From NCBI GenBank assembly GCA_017886645.1, contig JAGHJM010000012.1:1-49528 (forward strand): a DNA stretch of 49,528 nt. Direction: 5' to 3'. The stretch comes from Clostridia bacterium. Its GTDB lineage: Bacteria > Bacillota > Clostridia > TANB77 > CAG-508. Shown here piece by piece: positions 18,229 through 28,074 of the stretch (within the stretch, counting starts at the first letter, position 1; each line of letters opens with the position of its first letter). A model generated the notes under the pieces. The model worked only from the letters and a program-made list of their open reading frames with translations. It ran no database searches and was not told the DNA's origin. The position numbers and the translations under genes are program-made.

Positions 18229-18510
18229 ATGTAAATAAATTATCCATAATGTTTTAAAAAATATAATAATGATATTAATGAGATACTAGTTTAATACAGC
18301 TTTATAAAATTTCATAGAGCTTTTTAATTCAAAATTACAAAACATAAGTTTTTATATAAGAAATAATAAGTCAATTTATAAAGTTTACAGAATATTTTTG
18401 ACTTATTATTTTTCTAGTTATGTACTCTAAAAACATAAAAATGTTATAATGGTTTTAATTAAATAAATAGTAATTTATCATTTATAATTGAGTTAGAAGG
18501 GAAAATAATA

Positions 18511-19011
18511 ATGTTTGAAACAATATATGTGAATTTTATGTTGCTATTAGTGATACCGTTAATTCTGTTTATGATATATGTGGGACCGTTTATTTTAGTT
18601 TTTTCAAGTATAATATTTGTATTAACGAGGAAATCAATAGATGTATTTTCGAGAATTTTAATAGTTATAATTATTTTACTTATTACTTTTCTATTATTTA
18701 TAACATTGATAAAATTTAATGATAAACCAAGTGAATATTATTCTAAAATGAAACAAATAAATGATAGCAAAAGTATTGTTGGTTTGTCAAAAGACGAAGT
18801 TGAAAACAAATTAGGAGAACCAGGAAAAATAAAAGAAGCAGAGAATATGTATTTATATAATGCAGGAACTTTATTTAGAGATGTTACATTTGTAAATCAT
18901 TATGATTTATGGGTAAAAACTTATTATTATGCATTATTTGTTTATTTTGATGAAAATGACATTGTAAAATCAACTAGCCTTAAAGAATCATTAGAATTTT
19001 ATGTGCCATAA
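18511..19011 (+). CDS. hypothetical membrane protein
   Basis: RBS GAAGGGAA. Two or three TM helices, then a ~90-aa soluble domain (LSKDEVENKLGEPGK...). Confidence 0.55.
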   Translation: MFETIYVNFMLLLVIPLILFMIYVGPFILVFSSIIFVLTRKSIDVFSRILIVIIILLITFLLFITLIKFNDKPSEYYSKMKQINDSKSIVGLSKDEVENKLGEPGKIKEAENMYLYNAGTLFRDVTFVNHYDLWVKTYYYALFVYFDENDIVKSTSLKESLEFYVP

Positions 19012-19435
19012 TATAAAAGGTAGAAATAAAATTAGAAAAATTAAAGTATAAACAATATGGTGTTTTACATATAAAAATAAAACTGATATAAGGAAACAAA
19101 TTACATTTTGATGTGAATACAAAAATATGTTCCAAAAGAAGATGTGTATAATACTGACATGAGTAGAACACAAAAAATATTTGTAAAATACTACACAAAA
19201 TAAAAAAAGTATGATAAAATATTTGTAATGTTGTTTAAAATTGGATAAATTTAGCAACAAAATAATCTATTTACATAAAGAACAAACTGAAATTTTTGGC
19301 ACAATTCGTTGGGTAAAGAACCTCGAAACACTATATAAATTGGCAAAGAACAATAAAGAAATTTAATTAAATAGTTTTATAATGAAACAGCCGAAATAGG
19401 CTTAAATACTAAAAATCAAGAAGGAGGAATTAGTC

Positions 19436-20161
19436 ATGTCAGGACATTCTAAATGGCATAATATTCAAGCAAAAAAAGGTAAGGCAGATGCAGCAAGAGG
19501 AAAAATTTTTACAAAGCTAGGAAGAGAACTATTATTAGCAGTAAAGCAAGGTGGTCCTGATCCGGCTGGAAACTCTAAACTAAAAGACGTAATTGCAAAA
19601 TGTAAGGCAAATAACATGCCAAATGACACAATAAATAATGCAATAAAAAAAGCATCTGGAGCAGGAAACAATGAAAACTATGAAGAAATTACATACGAAG
19701 GATATGGAGTAGGCGGAGTTGCAGTAATTGTAGAAGCAAGTACAGATAATAAAAATAGAACAGCAGCAGATGTAAGACATGCTTTTGATAGATCAGGAGG
19801 AAATTTAGGTACATCAGGTTGCGTATCGTATTTGTTTAGCAAAAAAGGTGTTATTGTAATAGATAAACTATCAACAGATTTATCAGAAGATGATTTAATG
19901 ATGCTTGCAATAGATAGTGGAGCAGAAGACTTTCAGGTAAGTGATGAAGTTTATGAAATAACAACATTACCAGAAGATTTTTCAAGAGTAAGAGAAGCGT
20001 TAGAAGCAAAAGGGCTAGAATTTTTAGAGGCAGAAGTACAAATGGTTCCATCTACATATATTCAATTAGATGCAAAAAATGGAGAAAAAATGCAAAGATT
20101 AATAGATAACTTGGAAGATTTAGATGATGTAATGAACGTATATCACAACTGGGAAGAGTAA
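19436..20161 (+). CDS. yebC: YebC/PmpR-family transcriptional regulator / translation factor
   Basis: [31 protein letters not shown] is the invariant YebC N-terminus. RBS GAAGGAGGA. Confidence 0.95.
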   Translation: MSGHSKWHNIQAKKGKADAARGKIFTKLGRELLLAVKQGGPDPAGNSKLKDVIAKCKANNMPNDTINNAIKKASGAGNNENYEEITYEGYGVGGVAVIVEASTDNKNRTAADVRHAFDRSGGNLGTSGCVSYLFSKKGVIVIDKLSTDLSEDDLMMLAIDSGAEDFQVSDEVYEITTLPEDFSRVREALEAKGLEFLEAEVQMVPSTYIQLDAKNGEKMQRLIDNLEDLDDVMNVYHNWEE

Positions 20162-20218
20162 AAAATTAAATTTAGTATATAATTATTTTAAATATATAAT
20201 ATAGAGGGGAGAAAACAT

Positions 20219-22129
20219 ATGAAGAAAAAGAAAACTTTATTAATTGTAATAATAGTATTAATTGTTTGGATACTAATCATTGGGGGAATAGTAGCATTTT
20301 TATTCTTAGGAACTGATTTATTTAAATCAGACAAAGAATTATTTGCTAAATATGTAGCAAGTATGACAGAAAAAGAAACAGGATTTTTTCCAATATCTTT
20401 AAATGATTATGAAAATAGGAAAATGAATAATGCATATGAGGTAAATGGAACATTTTCAGTAAATACAGAAATTTTAGCAACAGCAAATTCTATGCAAAGT
20501 TCATCAACAGACCAATCTTCAATGGCGGCACAACTTATGCTAATAGAAAGCCTTGTTGATTATGGAAATAATACTAATATTTCTTATTCTGGTAAAGTTG
20601 ATAATCAAAATAAGAAAGTAGAGCAAAACATTCAAATAAATTATCAAGATGGGGTAAGTTTACCTCTTAATTATAAACAAGTAGGAGACGTTTATGGACT
20701 TCAAGCTGATTTTGTTTCATCTGATTATATTGCAATAGAAAACAATAATCTTCCAGCTTTGTTACAAAAGTTAGGTGCTACCAATATAACCAATGTACCT
20801 AATAAAATTGAAATACAAGAAATAGAATCTTTAAACTTTACAGATGAAGAAAAACAACATATATATGACAACTATGTTGCGAATGTATTAATGGAGTTAT
20901 CTGATGACAAATTTACAAAAACTGAAAACAACGATGGGTCAGTAAGTTATACTTTAACTTTGTCTGTTAATGAAGTGAAAGATTTATTAGTAAAAGAATT
21001 ACAAATATTAAGCGAAGATACAATGATGATAGATAAAATAAACAATATATTCCAGGAAGTAAGTTCAAATAGTGCACAAACTATTACTTCACAAGATATA
21101 TTAGATTTAGTGGATGAAATGAATGTTGAAACAACAACAGCTAATGATAATTTTGTAATTACAGTTACTCAAAATAGTGGAGAAGTAAATAGCCTTGTTA
21201 TATCTACTACTGATATGAAAGTAAGTATTACAAAAAATGTACAAGATAGCAATCTTTCGTATACAATTGCAATGAACGCAAATATAGAAGAAATAGGAGA
21301 AATAGTATTTAGTTTTGATATGTCATATTCAGGAATAAATACAGATAATGTATCAGAAACTTATAAAATAAGTGCAAATATACCACAAATGGCAAATGTG
21401 GAATATACATTAAATAATAATGTAAACTTTTCTAACAGTGTAAATATAGATGACTTTGATACAAATACAATAATACTAAATGATGATAACTATTCATCTA
21501 CAGAAATACAAAACTTTATGACTCAAGTTGTACAATTAGTAATGCAGAAAAATATAGAGCAAATGCAACAAATTGGTTACCCAACAGAAATGGTAAATCC
21601 AATGGCAATGTGGGTAGTTGGACCTGGTTTAGGAATGTATATGTATAGTTCGCAACAAGGTGTAATGGATAATACAGATTTATCAGCACAAGAAATACTA
21701 GCATATAACTCTCAATTTACTCAGTATGAAGGAACAATAAGTGGTATACAAGTAAATACTTTAATATCAACTATAAGAGCACATAATAATTCAAACATAA
21801 GTGATTATAATTCACAAATACAGATAACAAATGATGAATATGACCAAGATGGAAATGATACAGTAAACGCACTTACAGCACCTGCAACATATGATGATAT
21901 AGTAAATAATATAAATACAGGAAGCACATATGTAGTTACATTTGCATATGATCCAACTACAGGATATGTAACTTCATGTGGTATAGTAGAACAAGGAAGT
22001 GGTCTTACAAACTCATTAGTAAATAGTAATAGTACTATAACAAACACTCTTACAGATACTACTAACACAGCAGGAGGAGTAAGTAACCTTATAACAAATG
22101 CAGAAAACTTTCTTAACAGCACAAATTAA
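20219..22129 (+). CDS. large membrane-anchored extracytoplasmic protein, N/S/T-rich, function unknown
   Basis: RBS AGAGGGGAG. N-terminal TM helix, 636 aa, no recognised catalytic motif. Confidence 0.6.
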   Translation: MKKKKTLLIVIIVLIVWILIIGGIVAFLFLGTDLFKSDKELFAKYVASMTEKETGFFPISLNDYENRKMNNAYEVNGTFSVNTEILATANSMQSSSTDQSSMAAQLMLIESLVDYGNNTNISYSGKVDNQNKKVEQNIQINYQDGVSLPLNYKQVGDVYGLQADFVSSDYIAIENNNLPALLQKLGATNITNVPNKIEIQEIESLNFTDEEKQHIYDNYVANVLMELSDDKFTKTENNDGSVSYTLTLSVNEVKDLLVKELQILSEDTMMIDKINNIFQEVSSNSAQTITSQDILDLVDEMNVETTTANDNFVITVTQNSGEVNSLVISTTDMKVSITKNVQDSNLSYTIAMNANIEEIGEIVFSFDMSYSGINTDNVSETYKISANIPQMANVEYTLNNNVNFSNSVNIDDFDTNTIILNDDNYSSTEIQNFMTQVVQLVMQKNIEQMQQIGYPTEMVNPMAMWVVGPGLGMYMYSSQQGVMDNTDLSAQEILAYNSQFTQYEGTISGIQVNTLISTIRAHNNSNISDYNSQIQITNDEYDQDGNDTVNALTAPATYDDIVNNINTGSTYVVTFAYDPTTGYVTSCGIVEQGSGLTNSLVNSNSTITNTLTDTTNTAGGVSNLITNAENFLNSTN

Positions 22130-22189
22130 AGTGTAATGGATATAAAAAATAAATAATTAAAATATTTAATAATAGTTCTAAATAAAAAA

Positions 22190-22230
22190 ATACAGCATAT
22201 ATATTAATATATATATGTTGTATTTTTTTT
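22190..22230 (+). terminator. terminator after 20219..22129
   Basis: 15-bp stem ATACAGCATATATAT / ATATATATGTTGTAT (one G:U pair), then TTTTTTTT. It overlaps the track's 22215 start codon. Confidence 0.6.
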
Positions 22231-22244
22231 ATGGAGAAAATTAT

Positions 22245-23148
22245 ATGTTAGATGATATTTTTAATTATTTTCCAAATAGAATAAAAGAACTAATAATTAG
22301 AAAAGCAAATATTAACGATTTAGAAGAAATAAGAATACGAACTAATAGACAAATTTTTTTGAAAACTGGACAAGAGGAAGTAAAAATAGAATATATAGTA
22401 TCTCAGCAGGATGTATTAGAAATACTGCAAAAAATATGTGATAACTCAATATATTCATATCAAACACAAATATGTAATGGATATATAACATTAAAAGGTG
22501 GACATAGAGTGGGTATAACAGGAAATGTAGTTATAGAAAATGGCAAGGTTATTAATATTTCGTACATATATAGCTTAAACTTTAGAATAGCTAAACAAAT
22601 TTTAGGTTGTAGCAGGAAAATATGGAAATACATAATTAATGAAAAAGATAAAACTATTTTTAACACAATTATTGTTTCTCCTCCAGGTAGAGGGAAAACT
22701 ACTATTTTAAGGGATTTAGTAAGGAATATTAGTAATGGAATTAATGAGATGAGCTTTAAAGGAATAACAGTAGGTGTAGTTGACGAAAGAGATGAAATAG
22801 CGGCAATGTATAAAGGATGTCCACAAAATGATGTAGGAATAAGAACAGATATAATATCTAATGTACCTAAACATATAGGAATGAAAATGCTTATAAGGTC
22901 AATGAGCCCAAAAGTAATTGTAGCAGATGAAATTGGAACAAAAGAAGATGTAGAGGCAATAAATTATGCTGTATGTTCACGGAGTAAAAGGAATATTTAC
23001 AGCACATGGGGAAAGCATAGAGGATATTATTTCTAATCCAATATTAAATACATTGTATAAAACTAATATATTTGAGCGTATTATATTTTTGGACAAAGAC
23101 AGACAAGCTTATATAGGGTACGAAAAGCAAAATAAAATAATTGCATAA
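22245..23148 (+). pseudogene. spoIIIAA: stage III sporulation protein AA (AAA+ ATPase); reading frame broken by a +1 shift near 22980
   Basis: GGAGA RBS 7 nt before the ATG at 22245. Walker A SPPGRGKTT and MLIRSMSPKVIVADEIG. The frame then runs into ...AVCSRSKRNIY* while the +1 frame continues GVKGIFTAHGESIEDI... . Removing the C at about 22980 restores AVCS-GVKGIFTAHG. Confidence 0.8.
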
Positions 23149-23162
23149 ACAAAGGAGAAAAA

Positions 23163-23675
23163 ATGATCTGGGTTTTAAAAATTTTTATATTTGCATTAAT
23201 AATAGGAGGATGTACAGCTTTAGGAGTTATATATGCAAAAAGATATTCTAATAGAGTATTGGAATTGAAAGAAATGAAAAATGCACTTAACATGTTTGAA
23301 AACAAAATAAAATTTACATATGAAGATATACCTACAGTATTTAAGGATATATCAAAAACAATAAAGGGAAATATAGGCAAAGTTTTTGAAAATGCATCAA
23401 ATAAAATGATAAATAAAAATGCAGGAGAAGCATGGGAAGAAGCACTTAATGTTACGTTTACAGCACTTAAGCAAGAAGATATAGAAATTATAAAAGGTTT
23501 AGGGAGAATGCTTGGAAAAACAGATATAAATGGGCAAATAAGTGAAATAGAACTAGTAAACGAATTTCTAGAAACTCAAATAAAAGAAGCAGAATACGAA
23601 AAGAATAAGAATTATAAAATGTATAAAACTTTGGGAATAGTAGTTGGAATTGCAATAGTTATTATACTTATATAA
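23163..23675 (+). CDS. spoIIIAB: stage III sporulation protein AB
   Basis: 170 aa with terminal TM helices; RVLELKEMKNALNMFENKIKFTYEDIP pattern; position in the operon. Confidence 0.85.
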   Translation: MIWVLKIFIFALIIGGCTALGVIYAKRYSNRVLELKEMKNALNMFENKIKFTYEDIPTVFKDISKTIKGNIGKVFENASNKMINKNAGEAWEEALNVTFTALKQEDIEIIKGLGRMLGKTDINGQISEIELVNEFLETQIKEAEYEKNKNYKMYKTLGIVVGIAIVIILI

Positions 23676-23702
23676 TTTTAAATAATTTGAAAGGGGAATT
23701 TT

Positions 23703-23897
23703 ATGGATATAAGCTTACTTTTTAAAATTGCTGCAATAGGTATTTTAGTAGCTGTTTTATATCAAGTATTAGTAAGAGCAGGAAGAGAAGACCAAGCCAT
23801 GATGACAACACTTGCAGGACTTATAATAGTTCTTACCTTAGTAATAAAAGAAATAAGTACCTTATTTACAACTGTTAGAACTATGTTCGGCTTATGA
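23703..23897 (+). CDS. spoIIIAC: stage III sporulation protein AC
   Basis: 64 aa; LFKIAAIGILVAVLYQVLVRAGREDQAMMTTLAG is the SpoIIIAC signature. Confidence 0.9.
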   Translation: MDISLLFKIAAIGILVAVLYQVLVRAGREDQAMMTTLAGLIIVLTLVIKEISTLFTTVRTMFGL

Positions 23898-23923
23898 TTA
23901 TAAATATCATAGAAAGGAATAAT

Positions 23924-24310
23924 ATGGATGTTATAAAAATTATAGGAGTAGGATTAATTGCCTTAATTATAATAATTATAATAAAACAGTATAGACCAGA
24001 ATTTACAATTTATGTATCAATAGCAGCTGGGGTTATTATATTACTTCTTATAGCAAACAAGCTTACAGCGATTATAAATTTATTAACTAGTTTGGCAAAT
24101 AGAACATCAATAAATAATGAATTTTTAACATTGCTAATAAAAATAACGGGAATTGCAATATTAACAGAATTTGCATCTAGTATATGTAAAGATTCAGGAG
24201 AAACAGCAATAGCAAGTAAAGTGGATATAGGAGGAAAAGTTATAATAATTGCATTATCAATACCTATTATTTCTAGTCTATTAGAAACAATATTAAAAAT
24301 TCTTCCATAA
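23924..24310 (+). CDS. spoIIIAD: stage III sporulation protein AD
   Basis: The ATG at 23924 follows GAAAGGAA. MDVIKIIGVGLIA...KQYRPEF, 128 aa, four TM helices. Confidence 0.85.
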   Translation: MDVIKIIGVGLIALIIIIIIKQYRPEFTIYVSIAAGVIILLLIANKLTAIINLLTSLANRTSINNEFLTLLIKITGIAILTEFASSICKDSGETAIASKVDIGGKVIIIALSIPIISSLLETILKILP

Positions 24311-24340
24311 AACATTCTATTAAAATTGTGGAGGATACAA

Positions 24341-25507
24341 ATGAAAAAATTAAAATTTATTTTCAAATTAATAATACTAATTGTTATTTTTATATCATTT
24401 GGAAATATTTCATTAGCAGAAGAAAATACTACAGATGAAATATTAGAGTCACAAAAAGATTCCTTAAACATAGGTGGATTTCTAGAAGAATCAAAGAAAT
24501 ATACAGAAGATATATATGGAGATATTAATATTGAGGATATATTTAATTCTGCAATAACAGGAAATATAGATAATAAGCAATTGCTAAATAACATATTATC
24601 AATAGTTGGCAAAGAAATTCTAAGCTGTGTAAGTGTATTAGGAAGTGTAATTGTAGTTATTGTAATACATAGTATATTAAGAAGCATTAGTGATGGACTT
24701 CAAAACGAAAATGTTTCAAAAATAGTATATTATGTTCAATATATTTTAATTGTTACACTTATAATGACAAATTTTGCAGAAATTATTAATATGGTAAAAA
24801 CTTCAATAGAACAATTAGTTGGATTTATGAATAGTTTAATTCCTATTTTAATTACATTAATGTTAACTACTGGAAGTTTTACTTCTGTAGGAATATTAGA
24901 ACCAATATTATTATTTTTAATAACTTTTATAGGAAATATTATAAATATGATAGTTATACCAATAATTTTAGTATCAACTGCATTAGCAATAATATCAAAA
25001 ATATCTGAAAGAGTTCAATTAGATAAGCTTTCAAAATTTTTTAATTCATCAATTGTATGGCTATTAGGAATTATACTTACTATATTTGTGGGAGTAGCAT
25101 CTGTAGAAGGAAGCTTAAGTAGTACTGTGGATGGAATTACAGCAAAAACAACTAAAGCTGCTGTATCCAATTTTATACCTGTTGTTGGCAAGATTTTAGG
25201 GGATGCAGTAGAAACCGTAATTGGATGTGGGGCTATATTAAAGAATGCGGTTGGCATTATAGGGGATATAGTGATTATAGGAATTTGTATTACTCCAATT
25301 ATAAAATTAGCAATATTAATGGGACTGTATTACCTGTGCGCAGCTGTATGCCAACCTATTGCAGATGAAAAAATTATAAAATTATTAGAACAAATAGGAG
25401 ACACATTTAAGATATTATTTGCAATATTATGTAGTATAAGTGTAATGCTTGTAATTGGAGTTACTCTGGTTGTTAAAATTTCAAATAGTGGTTTAATGTA
25501 CAGATGA
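24341..25507 (+). CDS. spoIIIAE: stage III sporulation protein AE
   Basis: The ATG at 24341 lies 6 nt after GGAGG. Signal peptide plus a polytopic membrane domain of SpoIIIAE size; position in the operon. Confidence 0.85.
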   Translation: MKKLKFIFKLIILIVIFISFGNISLAEENTTDEILESQKDSLNIGGFLEESKKYTEDIYGDINIEDIFNSAITGNIDNKQLLNNILSIVGKEILSCVSVLGSVIVVIVIHSILRSISDGLQNENVSKIVYYVQYILIVTLIMTNFAEIINMVKTSIEQLVGFMNSLIPILITLMLTTGSFTSVGILEPILLFLITFIGNIINMIVIPIILVSTALAIISKISERVQLDKLSKFFNSSIVWLLGIILTIFVGVASVEGSLSSTVDGITAKTTKAAVSNFIPVVGKILGDAVETVIGCGAILKNAVGIIGDIVIIGICITPIIKLAILMGLYYLCAAVCQPIADEKIIKLLEQIGDTFKILFAILCSISVMLVIGVTLVVKISNSGLMYR

Positions 25508-25522
25508 TGAAAGGAATATAAG

Positions 25523-26152
25523 ATGGTAGAATGGATTAGCACATGGGCACAAGGAATAATTGTTGCAGTTATTATTGCTACAATTATTGAAATGATTTTA
25601 CCGAATGGAAATTGTAAGAAATACATAAAAGTAGTAATTGGAATTTACATACTTTTTACTATTGTTTCTCCAATTATTACTAAAGTTACTGGAAATAACT
25701 TTAATATTAGCGAAGAACTAAATTTAGATAAGTTTTATGAAGAGGCAGATAGTAAATCTATATATAATGAATTAAATGAAAATAATTCTGATAATATAAA
25801 AAATATTTATATTGCAAATTTAAAAACAGATATTGAATCAAAACTGAAGAACAAGAACTATTATGTAGTTTCATGTGAGATAGAAATAGAAAATGAAGAA
25901 ACATATGAAATAAGTAAAGTAAATTTAACATTAGAAAAAGATATTAATGTACAGCAAAATACAGAAAAAAATAATAATGTTGTAAATACCATTGCAGAAG
26001 TAAATGAAATAAACATTCAAATCTCACAAAATACACAAAATAGTGAAAATAAAGATAATAAAAGAAACCTTACTATGTATGAAAAAAATGAAGTGAAAGA
26101 ATATTTACAAGAAACTTATGATATAAAAAAAGAAAACATTATTATAAACTAA
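25523..26152 (+). CDS. spoIIIAF: stage III sporulation protein AF
   Basis: The N-terminus MVEWISTWAQGIIVAVIIATIIEMILPNG..KKYIKVVIG is typical of SpoIIIAF. Confidence 0.85.
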   Translation: MVEWISTWAQGIIVAVIIATIIEMILPNGNCKKYIKVVIGIYILFTIVSPIITKVTGNNFNISEELNLDKFYEEADSKSIYNELNENNSDNIKNIYIANLKTDIESKLKNKNYYVVSCEIEIENEETYEISKVNLTLEKDINVQQNTEKNNNVVNTIAEVNEINIQISQNTQNSENKDNKRNLTMYEKNEVKEYLQETYDIKKENIIIN

Positions 26153-26163
26153 GGAGGTTTTAG

Positions 26164-26781
26164 ATGTTTAAGGAAAAGATTAAGTCTCTTATTTCGAAAA
26201 AGGATAAAGAAGATGATGTAAACAGCAAAAAGAAAATAGAAAACATAGTAGTATTTATATTAATACTAATTATTACAGTAATTATTATTAATGTAATTTG
26301 GAATGGAGATAATAATAAAGAAGAACAGGTAACAGATTCAAATAAAAAACTTGCTACTACAAATGAAGTAACTATGGAAACTTCAAATAACGAATATAAT
26401 ATTGACAGCCAACTAGAAGAAATATTATCTAAAATTGACGGAGTGGGAAATGTAAATGTTATGATAACTTATTCCCAGACTAGCCAAACAGTACCTTTAT
26501 ATAACGAAGAAACAACAGTAAGAGATACAGAAGAAACAGATCAAGAAGGTGGTACAAGAAAAATAACTGAATCAGATAGCAAAAAGGATGTAGTTTATAA
26601 AGAAAGTAGCGGAGAAAAAGAACCAATTACTCAAAGTATTGTTAGTCCAAAAATAGAAGGAGCTATAATTACTGCACAAGGGGCAAGTAATGCAGACGTT
26701 AAGACTAATATTATTCAAGCGGTAGAGGCCGTAACAGGGCTATCCGTACATAAAATACAAGTATTCGAAATGAAAGAGTAA
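26164..26781 (+). CDS. spoIIIAG: stage III sporulation protein AG
   Basis: TM helix, then the GVGNVNVMITY...EGAIITAQGA...AVEAVTGLSVHKIQV ring-building motif region. Confidence 0.85.
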   Translation: MFKEKIKSLISKKDKEDDVNSKKKIENIVVFILILIITVIIINVIWNGDNNKEEQVTDSNKKLATTNEVTMETSNNEYNIDSQLEEILSKIDGVGNVNVMITYSQTSQTVPLYNEETTVRDTEETDQEGGTRKITESDSKKDVVYKESSGEKEPITQSIVSPKIEGAIITAQGASNADVKTNIIQAVEAVTGLSVHKIQVFEMKE

Positions 26782-26795
26782 AAAGGAGGTAAAGT

Positions 26796-27476
26796 ATGTT
26801 TATGAAAGTTATAAAGAAAAACCAAATTATTTTATTTGTTGGTGCGTTGATGCTTGTCGTGGCTGGTTATTTAAGTTTAAGCAAAACAAGTCAAGATATT
26901 TCAAATTTAATAGCAACAAGTGTTGTGGCAGATACAGAAGAAATGGCGGCACTTGGGGATGCTAAATTAGTTAATGCGAATGCTGTTACAGAAAACACAA
27001 TAACAAATACAGAAAATGAAAATACAGTTACTAATGAAGGAATAGAAAAAGAGAATATAAAACAAAATACGATAGAAACTGGTTCTACAGTAGAAGAAAA
27101 TAGTACTAAAAGTGAAGACAGTACAGAAAATGAAGATTATTTTACTAAATCAAGATTAGAAAGAGATACTATGTGTTCGCAAACATTAGAAACATATGAA
27201 AATATGATTAATAATGATAATATATCTGAAAACCAAAAATCAATTGTACAACAGGAAATTACCAAAATAAATAATCAAAAAAATGCAATCATGATAGCAG
27301 AAAATTTAATAAAAGTAAAAGGATTTGAGGATTTAATAATATTTGTAAACAACGAAAATGTAAGTGTTATTATAAAAGCAGATAAATTAGAAGAAAAAGA
27401 TGTTGCCCAAATACAAAATATTATTACAAGAGAACTTGAAGTAAGTGTAGAAAATATTAATATAAGTAATAAATAA
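26796..27476 (+). CDS. spoIIIAH: stage III sporulation protein AH
   Basis: GGAGG lies 6 nt before the ATG. TM helix, an FTKSRLERD... coiled region, and a C-terminal YscJ/FliF-like domain. It is the last gene of the operon. Confidence 0.8.
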   Translation: MFMKVIKKNQIILFVGALMLVVAGYLSLSKTSQDISNLIATSVVADTEEMAALGDAKLVNANAVTENTITNTENENTVTNEGIEKENIKQNTIETGSTVEENSTKSEDSTENEDYFTKSRLERDTMCSQTLETYENMINNDNISENQKSIVQQEITKINNQKNAIMIAENLIKVKGFEDLIIFVNNENVSVIIKADKLEEKDVAQIQNIITRELEVSVENINISNK

Positions 27477-27479
27477 AAT

Positions 27480-27505
27480 ATACACCAATTAGGTGTATGT
27501 TTTTT
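27480..27505 (+). terminator. terminator of the spoIIIA operon
   Basis: 7-bp stem ATACACC / GGTGTAT, 5-nt loop, GTTTTTT. Confidence 0.6.
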
Positions 27506-27508
27506 GTG

Positions 27509-27537
27509 TTGACTGAAAATGTAATTTTTTATAAAAT
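27509..27537 (+). promoter_or_regulatory. candidate sigma-A promoter for the ECF sigma operon
   Basis: TTGACT (27509-27514), 17-nt spacer, TAAAAT (27532-27537). Confidence 0.4.
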
Positions 27538-27606
27538 TTTATATAAAAATGTAACTATTTCAAATTTAAAAAGTCTTATATACAAGAAAGGGGGAATGTA
27601 AAGAAA

Positions 27607-28074
27607 ATGGAAGAAATTTATAAAGAATATTTCTCCATAATATATAAATATTTATGTTCCTTATCACATAACGAAAATATAGCAGAAGAATTAGCACAGG
27701 AAACTTTTTATAGAGCTGTGAAAAATATTAAGAAATACAAAGGAACTTGTAAGATGTCTACATGGCTATGTCAAATTGCTAAAAATTTATGGTATACAGA
27801 ATTAAAAAAAGAAAAACGAAATTTAGATATAGACATTGAGGAAATGTATGAAAGTCCAGATATATTAGAAGAGTACATAAATAAAGAGCAAAAAATGGAA
27901 TTATATAAAAAAATAGCTAAATTGGATGATAAAACAAAAGAAGTAATTTACCTACGATTGAATGGAGTAACTTTTAAAGAAATTGGAGAAATATTAGGAA
28001 AAAATGGAAATTGGGCAAAAATAATTTTCTATAGGGGAAAGGAAAAATTAAAGGAGAGTGAGAAAGATGAGTAA
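27607..28074 (+). CDS. ECF-type RNA polymerase sigma-70 family factor
   Basis: Region 2 (AEELAQETFYRAVKNIKKYKG....TWLCQIAKNLW) and region 4 (VIYLRLNGVTFKEIGEILG...). 155 aa. Confidence 0.85.
   Translation: MEEIYKEYFSIIYKYLCSLSHNENIAEELAQETFYRAVKNIKKYKGTCKMSTWLCQIAKNLWYTELKKEKRNLDIDIEEMYESPDILEEYINKEQKMELYKKIAKLDDKTKEVIYLRLNGVTFKEIGEILGKNGNWAKIIFYRGKEKLKESEKDE

Noticed and set aside
18361-18411. The inverted repeat AAATAATAAGTCA ... TGACTTATTATTT, 130 nt downstream of the glucosaminidase gene.
   Set aside because: A 25-nt loop and an all-AT-rich stem make it at best a weak terminator. It is not reported as a feature.
22215-22244. The ATG at 22215 as the spoIIIAA start.
   Set aside because: It lies inside the right arm and T-run of the upstream terminator hairpin (22190-22230). 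The ATG at 22245 has a GGAGA RBS 7 nt upstream and gives the expected N-terminus.
22130-22244. Sigma-E-type sporulation promoter upstream of spoIIIAA (CATATATA resembling the CATACA-T -10).
   Set aside because: In about 15% G+C intergenic DNA such partial matches are abundant. I could not find a convincing -35 at the right spacing.
24010-24687. A 225-aa - strand ORF in the track, spanning spoIIIAD and spoIIIAE.
   Set aside because: It lies antisense to two well-supported sporulation genes, has no RBS and has a low-complexity I/L/N/S composition. It is a typical shadow ORF of AT-rich DNA.
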